From assembly GCF_018398935.1 (NCBI RefSeq), contig NZ_CP074694.1:5160001-5192000 (forward strand): DNA of 32,000 nt. Reading direction: 5' to 3'. Made by a program: the position numbers and the translations under genes. Origin of the DNA: Telmatocola sphagniphila. GTDB lineage: Bacteria; Planctomycetota; Planctomycetia; Gemmatales; Gemmataceae. A model generated the notes under the pieces. That model saw nothing but the letters and a program-made list of their open reading frames with translations, ran no database searches and was not told where the DNA came from. Shown here in pieces: positions 26,931 to 32,000 of this stretch (the stretch's first letter is position 1; every line of letters begins with the position of its first letter).

Positions 26931-27196
26931 GCGCCGGACATACCCTCGGCGGCAAGCACTCTGTGCATTGGTCTTATCGATCGAAGCGTTCGCGGCTTTG
27001 CTCCTTGCGCCCGTCGGTGTTCACGACCGAAGCGAGAAACGGCGAGTGGCGAATCGCCCCGGTCACATCGCGTTCTAAGGCTGACCAAACTGGACGCTTT
27101 GGTCGCAACCACTTACTTCATAATGTCTTGTGGTTCTGATCCTTTGTCCGATTTCCGGGGGAAATGCCGCCGAATCCCGGCTTCCCAGCCCCTGAT

Positions 27197-27275
27197 CCCG
27201 GCCAGAAAAAGTTCTAACGGCGTCTTGTCGCCCCGACTATTTTCAGACACAAGCACTTCGCCGACAACTCCAGGT
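27197..27275 (+). repeat. R5: strongly degenerate fifth copy of core + terminator region (right boundary of islet C)
   Basis: 'CCGGCCAG..GTTCTAA..GTCGCCCCGACT..AGAC..AAGC.CTTCG.CGA.AAC' aligns by eye with the R3 sequence 'CCGGCAGGGGTTCAAATCCCGCCGCCCCGACT..AGACGAGAAGCCCTTCGGCGAGAAC' at very roughly 60-65% identity. 'GTTCTGATC' at ~27132 may be a relic of the sat tail 'ATTCTGATC'. Confidence 0.35.
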
Positions 27276-27316
27276 CCAACGCATCCTTCCCTCGGCTCTT
27301 CAAACCAAGCTCTCGC

Positions 27317-27910
27317 TCAACCTTTTTTCCCCTGGCGACTTCCTGAAGCCTTGGCAGCTTTAACCGCCTTTGGAGCGGTTTTGGGACTTGTCCGCTTGCT
27401 GGCTGTGGTCGATCGAATGACCACCGCTCCACGTCCAGTACTCGCGAAGGGCACCGGATTGAGTGTGAGGGCTTGATCGATCAGTCGAGCTACTCCCGGT
27501 TGAGAAAGTGTCGATTTATTTTCCACTTCGATCAGTCGCGTCTGCTTGCCGGATCCCTGCAACAATTTCTCCGGATCGGACAATTCCTTGCCCCGATTGA
27601 AATAGAGTTGAACGCCTTTGGCACTTCCGCGTAAGGCCAACACGCCCTCGTAGCCGCGCTCGTTCGGGGTGTAGCTGATCACGAAGCTGTCGCGATACTC
27701 ATACACCACTTCGATGGCGGTGGGCAGCCGCTTTCGCAGCGCTTTTCGCACGGCTACCAGAAGCGGCAAATGTGCAGGAGCGAACTTATCAACCAGTGTC
27801 AGCAGCTGAGCTTCCGCCGCTTTGCGATCGGCAGTCGATTGCGTCTTTTCCGGGACTTCGGTTTTTGCTTTCACTGATCGGGAGGTGGCTGTTGTTTTCT
27901 TCGTGCTCAT
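27317..27910 (-). CDS. DUF1801 (YdhG-like) domain protein with Lys/Ala-rich tails
   Basis: The central 'LRKRLPTAIEVVYEYRDSFVISY...VLALRGSAKGVQLYFNRGKELSDPEKLLQGSGKQTRLIEV' matches my recollection of DUF1801. Both termini are basic and low-complexity. Confidence 0.6.
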   Translation of the reverse strand: MSTKKTTATSRSVKAKTEVPEKTQSTADRKAAEAQLLTLVDKFAPAHLPLLVAVRKALRKRLPTAIEVVYEYRDSFVISYTPNERGYEGVLALRGSAKGVQLYFNRGKELSDPEKLLQGSGKQTRLIEVENKSTLSQPGVARLIDQALTLNPVPFASTGRGAVVIRSTTASKRTSPKTAPKAVKAAKASGSRQGKKG

Positions 27911-28085
27911 AAAAAACCTTGCAGATCGGATCAGGAAGGTACAGAAGTATCGTTTTTCCTTTTTTGTAAGAAGGGACCGACTTTTTTAATAGCGAAATTT
28001 ACTCGAACCGCACCGGCATGATAGTTGCCCAAAGCACCTCCGGATTTTCAAGGAATTTATGAATCTTCAATTCGAAGGAGCAACA

Positions 28086-28790
28086 ATGGCCGGAACAAAC
28101 AGGATACTCATCATCGTTACGAATGTCGGGGAATACGAAAAAGTCGGCTTTCGAACTGGGCTTTGGCTGGGAGAGATGACGCATTTTTGGGATGTCGCGG
28201 AGCAGGCGGGCTATCGAATGGATATCGCTAGTCCTTTGGGCGGTTTCATTCCCATCGATCCCGAAAGCCTCGCTCACGATGTGCTTAAGATGGGCGAGAC
28301 CGACAAACGATATATGGATCGCGCTTTCATGGATCAATTGAAGAACACCCGGAAAGTCGCCGAGGTCGATGCGGCCAACTACGACGCGATTTATATGACC
28401 GGCGGCCATGGTGTCTGTTTCGATTTCAATAAGAGCACCGATCTTGCGAAGTTGACCGCCGAGTTCTACGAGTCCGGCAAGATTGTGTCGGCCGTGTGTC
28501 ATGGCCCTGCGGGTCTTTTGGAAGTGAAGCTCAGTACTGGCGACTATCTGATTGCCGGGAAGCAGGTGACCGGTTTCTCCTGGAATGAAGAAATCAAAGC
28601 GGGTCGGGAAGCAGCGGTGCCCTACAACCTCGAGGAGCAACTGCAAAAGCGGGGCGCCAAGTACGGCAAGGCCTGGATGGCGTTCGCCTCGCATATTGTC
28701 GAAGATGGTCGGCTGATCACCGGCCAGAACCCCGCCAGTGCGGAAGGGGTGGGCAAGGCCGTCGTAAAACAGCTTCGAAAAGCCAAATAA
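28086..28790 (+). CDS. DJ-1/PfpI-family type 1 glutamine amidotransferase-like protein
   Basis: ATG at 28086 follows GAAGGAG. Motifs are 'ILIIVTN', 'YDAIYMTGGHG', the nucleophile elbow 'SAVCHGPAGLL' and 'DGRLITGQNPAS'. Confidence 0.9.
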   Translation: MAGTNRILIIVTNVGEYEKVGFRTGLWLGEMTHFWDVAEQAGYRMDIASPLGGFIPIDPESLAHDVLKMGETDKRYMDRAFMDQLKNTRKVAEVDAANYDAIYMTGGHGVCFDFNKSTDLAKLTAEFYESGKIVSAVCHGPAGLLEVKLSTGDYLIAGKQVTGFSWNEEIKAGREAAVPYNLEEQLQKRGAKYGKAWMAFASHIVEDGRLITGQNPASAEGVGKAVVKQLRKAK

Positions 28791-28977
28791 TTCGAGAATT
28801 GTTTGACTGTAAACTCCGGTCTTCATTTCGAGCCGGGGTTTATGGAACAAGATTTCGTTTCAGTAAATTCTTTCCCTTTCGGATATTAGAATCCCTTCCG
28901 CTATGCATTTTTGTGGCCATTTCCGCCCTTGTAGTCTTTGATAATAGCAGACCATACAAATGCGAAAGGACGGGCAG

Positions 28978-29511
28978 ATGACGGACGAAATTCAAGAGTA
29001 CGCGTACCGGCCCAAATTCAAGACGATACTAATCATGCTGATCCTAGGTGCGCTTGGTGCCATCTTCGCGTCTTCGAAGGCCGTTCATAACAATCGCAGG
29101 CTTATTATTTTTCGTATCATCGAACTCGACCCATCGGAGGCGAGTATTTTTTATTGGATTTTAGCCGCTTTCTGCGCCGCGATAGTCTTAACCTCCCTAG
29201 CGCTCACGTACCATCGAATGACCTTCCATCAGCGCGTGGTCATCGGCCCGCAGTCGATAATCGTTCCGGCCTCGCGCTGGTCGCACGAAGAAAAGGAAAT
29301 CGAATATCGCAATATCATCAATCTTTCGCGGTCGGAGATTAACAAACTGCTGATTATCTACATAATGCATACTGGCGGTAAAAACCATATTAATGCTGAT
29401 TTTATGCCATCCAAAGCGGCCTATGAAGAGTGTTGCGAATTAATAACCTCTCGGGTCCGAGCATCTCGCGAATCGCAACATCCGAACGCTTCGGATTCAA
29501 CAGTTGAATAG
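28978..29511 (+). CDS. Hypothetical membrane protein (two TM helices plus a soluble C-terminal domain)
   Basis: AAGGA RBS before ATG at 28978. The TM segments are 'ILIMLILGALGAIFA' and 'IFYWILAAFCAAIVLTSLALTY'. The gene is AT-richer than the core genes. Confidence 0.55.
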   Translation: MTDEIQEYAYRPKFKTILIMLILGALGAIFASSKAVHNNRRLIIFRIIELDPSEASIFYWILAAFCAAIVLTSLALTYHRMTFHQRVVIGPQSIIVPASRWSHEEKEIEYRNIINLSRSEINKLLIIYIMHTGGKNHINADFMPSKAAYEECCELITSRVRASRESQHPNASDSTVE

Positions 29512-29527
29512 CGTTAAATCTAGGTGA

Positions 29528-29891
29528 ATGCCTGCCATTGTAACATTCAGGAATCTCCTCTGGAAAAGGGGGAACAACCAGGAGTCCCGCGAGGAGTGTG
29601 CCACGCTGTGCTTGAGTAGCTTCTTGAATTTTTGCCTGCACAAGTCCGTTCTTTGACATTATCTGCATGGTCTGCACGAAAGCCTGCAAGCTCTGCGGCG
29701 ATTAGTGGGAACACCAAAGAGATCCGATTATGAAGCAGTGTGCTAAAGAGTGCCGTAAATGCGACAAGGCCTGCCGGGAGATATTAAAGCATACGGGAAA
29801 TGAGAGCGGGTATTCCGTGCGAAGCTGGTTGAAGAAGATTTTAGCGGAAGTGGACTGGGACATTTTTCGCAATTCCGATCGGAATCAATAG
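29528..29891 (+). pseudogene. Decayed four-helix-bundle Cys-rich (DUF326-type) copper-binding protein gene
   Basis: Frame A (29528-29653) reads '...SREECATLCLSSFLNFC...' and stops at 29654-29656. Frame B (29628-29702) reads 'ACTSPFFDIICMVCTKACKLCGD', then an in-frame TAG (29703-29705), then 'WEHQRDPIMKQCAKECRKCDKACREILKH...' up to the stop at 29889-29891. The C-x3-C-x3-C spacing is DUF326-like. There is one frameshift plus one premature stop. Confidence 0.5.
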
Positions 29892-29990
29892 GTCGGGAAT
29901 TGACGGAAGAAAAACTTGGCATCCAGTTTCAACGAATAATGAACGAAAGAACTGCTTGATTTTAGCTTTTTTCTGATACGTCGAAGGACT

Positions 29991-30470
29991 TTATTTCTCA
30001 AAACTTACCCAACTCTCGGGAAGCCATGACAGGAAATTCTGAAGACGGGCCGCAGCTTCCTTTATGCTCATGTTTTCCGCTGAGGAATCGTCTTCGTGTG
30101 CCCAACGATTGCGTACCCTTCGAACCGCCTGAGCATTAGCTCGGATCGACGCCGAAATTCCCTGCCCTCTCCGGCCACCGATCGAATCGATCAACACGGC
30201 TGCGTCTTCGCGACGGGTCGAGTCGTTATGTCTGGCCCGGTCGAATGACCTCAGACCAGCTTCAAACGCTGCGAACAATCTTACGAGGTAAGTGCCTTCG
30301 AGGTTTTCGTAGGCAGTCCGAAGGCTCGAGCGGACGGACTCGCTCTCAACGAGAATAGATGGATTTTTGGCAACTTCGTTCAGAAGGCGGTCCACCGCGA
30401 ATTGGGCAGCTCTGTATTCGCGCTCGACCTCCTTGAGATGTTCGTGCCAGTCAAACCGAAGGTGTGGCAT
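29991..30470 (-). CDS. HEPN-domain protein (R-x4-H motif, Swt1-like)
   Basis: 'AQAVRRVRNRWAHEDD' contains the RNxxxH HEPN signature within a predicted all-helical ~159-aa protein. The ATG at 30470 overlaps the upstream gene by 20 nt. The track start at 30551 is probably an over-extension. Confidence 0.65.
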   Translation of the reverse strand: MPHLRFDWHEHLKEVEREYRAAQFAVDRLLNEVAKNPSILVESESVRSSLRTAYENLEGTYLVRLFAAFEAGLRSFDRARHNDSTRREDAAVLIDSIGGRRGQGISASIRANAQAVRRVRNRWAHEDDSSAENMSIKEAAARLQNFLSWLPESWVSFEK

Positions 30471-30870
30471 GGGCGGCGATGGAGTCGAGGACGCGGACCA
30501 GAGATTTCTCATCCAAAGAAAGAGTGTCGGGTTCGTTGAAAGACTCAGCAAGCGTATCGTCCGAGAAGGAGTAATGGATCATCCATTGATTTTCGCGGAA
30601 ATACAAACTGGCCAAGTCTTCGTAGGTCGGCATCAAATAAAGGTCGACTGCTGCATCAGCTCCCGGGACGTCATACGCGACCGGGTCGAGCAGCACGCGG
30701 GTCGGACCCTTTTGCAGATAGAGTGCGGAGATTTCAAAAATGGAACGATCTGATGCCCGCATTCGCTTGGGATAAAGCTTTGTCGTCCAACCGACGGGCT
30801 CGGCCCAGGTTTTCACGTTCTCAATAAGATCGTCTACGAGCCGTATAAATTGAGTCTGCGTATTCGACAT
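30451..30870 (-). CDS. Hypothetical 139-aa protein, upstream partner of the HEPN gene
   Basis: GGAGAG RBS 6 nt before the ATG at 30870. No MNT/nucleotidyltransferase or HTH motif recognised. The gene is translationally coupled to the HEPN gene by overlap. Confidence 0.65.
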   Translation of the reverse strand: MSNTQTQFIRLVDDLIENVKTWAEPVGWTTKLYPKRMRASDRSIFEISALYLQKGPTRVLLDPVAYDVPGADAAVDLYLMPTYEDLASLYFRENQWMIHYSFSDDTLAESFNEPDTLSLDEKSLVRVLDSIAAHATPSV

Positions 30871-31067
30871 GGGCGCTCTCCGATAATTCCCAAGGGCACA
30901 ATATACTTTAATAATTATATCAAGCCTTAGCCTGAGACGCGTCTGGAGAGTCTTCTGAGCTCCAAAATTGGCAAGATAGAAGCTTAATAACTTTCCTCGC
31001 CCAGATTACCGAACAGGAACTGGCACCTGCGGCGCCATTCTCTGTACGCTTTTGTTCGTGAAAGTAC

Positions 31068-31391
31068 TCAATCCTTCTTCTTCCCGCCTACGACAATCTT
31101 GGTCACCACTTCCTTGCCGTCCCGCGTGTCCGTGAAGATCGTGGCTTCGACCCCTTCCTTTACCGATTTCAAGCCATCGGGCAGCTCAGGCGTTTTAGCC
31201 CCTTTGCCTTTCTTATGAAAGGTCGCAGTCTTATCGACACTCAGAACCTTCTGCTTGCCGTCCACGGTGATAGTGATCGTACTGTCTTCACCGTCGCGCT
31301 TGATCTTGCTGATTTTGGAGGTGTACTCCTCCGCCGAGATCAGACTGATGAAGACGAACAGGGCGACAAAAGGGGCCAGCATTCTTCGCAT
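31068..31391 (-). CDS. Small secreted hypothetical protein (107 aa)
   Basis: Signal peptide 'MRRMLAPFVALFVFISLISA', a Lys-rich mature part, and a GGAG-type RBS upstream. Confidence 0.6.
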   Translation of the reverse strand: MRRMLAPFVALFVFISLISAEEYTSKISKIKRDGEDSTITITVDGKQKVLSVDKTATFHKKGKGAKTPELPDGLKSVKEGVEATIFTDTRDGKEVVTKIVVGGKKKD

Positions 31392-31602
31392 CGCAATAAT
31401 CTCCTGATTTCGGCTAAGAACTCGTTAGGGAATTGAACCCGAACCCACCCGGCCGGTTTCGAATACTCGCTTATCCCCACATTCCCAAGAGTATCAAACC
31501 CTATTTTAGCTTAAAAAGCTCATATATTCTTATGTTTGATCTTGCATTAGCTCGAATTGCCCGTTATTCGCAGTAAATTATCCGAATAACTGGAATCGAA
31601 TT

Positions 31603-32000
31603 ATGCCTCGTTCACGAATTTCGATTGCTCTATTGGTGGGACTATTCTCGATTGGTTGTGCCTCGCTGACTTCCACCCCTTTGTCCTCGGAATCTGTCGA
31701 GATTGCACCTCAAGTGCCCCGAGTTGAAGAGTCGGAAACGCAAAATACTTACTGGGGCGGCCTGACGGGGCAACTGAGTCAGGCCGGGCACTGGGTCCAG
31801 TCCAACGTCAGTTTTAATACGGCCCTGATCTATTGCAATAATGGCCAGCACTGGCTGCAGGAAAACGAATCGGTGAAAATCGGCCTCGAATATATGTCTC
31901 AAGCGAAATCGTGGGTCGTTGAAAATGTCTCGGTAAAGACCGTGATGCTTCAGGTCGACAAAGTCGATCGCTGGATGGAAGACAAGGAAACGCTGAAGAA
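31603..32000 (+). CDS. Putative lipoprotein with 20-aa tandem repeats, 3'-partial (runs off the window)
   Basis: The ATG at 31603 opens a frame with no stop to position 32000; it is absent from the ORF track because no stop is reached. The lipobox-like sequence is 'LLVGLFSIGC'. The repeats are 'HWVQSNVSFNTALIYCNNGQ / HWLQENESVKIGLEYMSQAK / SWVVENVSVKTVMLQVDKVD / RWMEDKETLK'. Confidence 0.6.
   Translation, partial: MPRSRISIALLVGLFSIGCASLTSTPLSSESVEIAPQVPRVEESETQNTYWGGLTGQLSQAGHWVQSNVSFNTALIYCNNGQHWLQENESVKIGLEYMSQAKSWVVENVSVKTVMLQVDKVDRWMEDKETLK

Larger units (their letters stand above)
24433..27196. mobile_element. Islet C: ~2.8 kb GC-rich insert between R3/R4 and degenerate R5
   Basis: There is a sharp rise in GC; spot counts of single 60-nt lines gave about 62% and 73%. 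The insert is bounded by core-containing repeats and carries nuclease-like genes but no recombinase. Confidence 0.55.

Noticed and set aside
21099-27290. Two alternative readings of the repeated units: an integron-like cassette array (attC sites), or a shufflon/phase-variation system that swaps sat C-termini.
   Set aside because: The repeats are direct copies of a coding tail plus terminator, not imperfect inverted attC structures. Cargo genes are in both orientations and have their own promoters. All copies encode essentially the same peptide, so swapping would produce no variation. No inverted copies were seen.
29402-29689. A 95-aa minus-strand ORF from the track.
   Set aside because: The + strand here carries recognisable DUF326-type Cys periodicity across a frameshift and a stop, so the minus ORF is better explained as a shadow of that pseudogene.
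31642-31902. An 86-aa minus-strand ORF from the track.
   Set aside because: It lies antisense to a + strand frame that is open from ATG 31603 to the window end and has a lipoprotein signal and an internal repeat structure.
1-32000. CRISPR arrays, rRNA genes, IS elements with terminal inverted repeats, and transposases.
   Set aside because: Scanning by eye found no short regularly spaced direct repeats, no rRNA-like conserved blocks, and no DDE/transposase-like ORFs. The only recombinase is the integrase at the left edge.

Overview
The window looks like a Planctomycetota chromosomal segment. The evidence is family hallmarks: a PSCyt/DUF1549/DUF1553 protein, a DUF1501 protein, a DUF1559 'H-X9-DG' prepilin-like protein and sulfatase-type genes. 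The left edge carries a 5'-partial tyrosine integrase that abuts and reads into an antisense tRNA-Asp(GTC). From about 1.4 to 21.2 kb the genes look like core genome: SGNH hydrolase, OM-barrel-like protein, ECF sigma factor, DUF1579 protein, PSCyt-DUF1501-arylsulfatase operon, beta-propeller/phosphoesterase fusion, a Cys-rich protein next to DUF1559, an acyltransferase-3 and a cysH-rrf2-sat sulfate-assimilation operon. The most interesting region is 21.1-27.3 kb. There the last ~25-33 codons of sat plus its downstream core and terminator occur as three clear and two degenerate direct copies. These copies delimit three small cargo islets with visibly different base composition. Islet A is AT-richer and holds a ParE/RelE-like pair. 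Islet B holds two divergent immunity-like hypothetical genes. Islet C is clearly GC-richer and encodes an HNH-like nuclease protein, a PIN-like start fragment and a PD-(D/E)xK-like protein with a DUF2934-like tail. Islet C is my best candidate for an undescribed defence-type system. From 27.3 to 32 kb there are a DUF1801-like gene, a DJ-1/PfpI amidotransferase-like gene, a small membrane protein, a decayed DUF326-type pseudogene, an overlapping two-gene HEPN (R-x4-H) cassette, a small secreted protein and a 3'-partial lipoprotein with 20-aa repeats. I found no CRISPR array and no rRNA. All family assignments rest on motif recognition by eye; no database search was possible.
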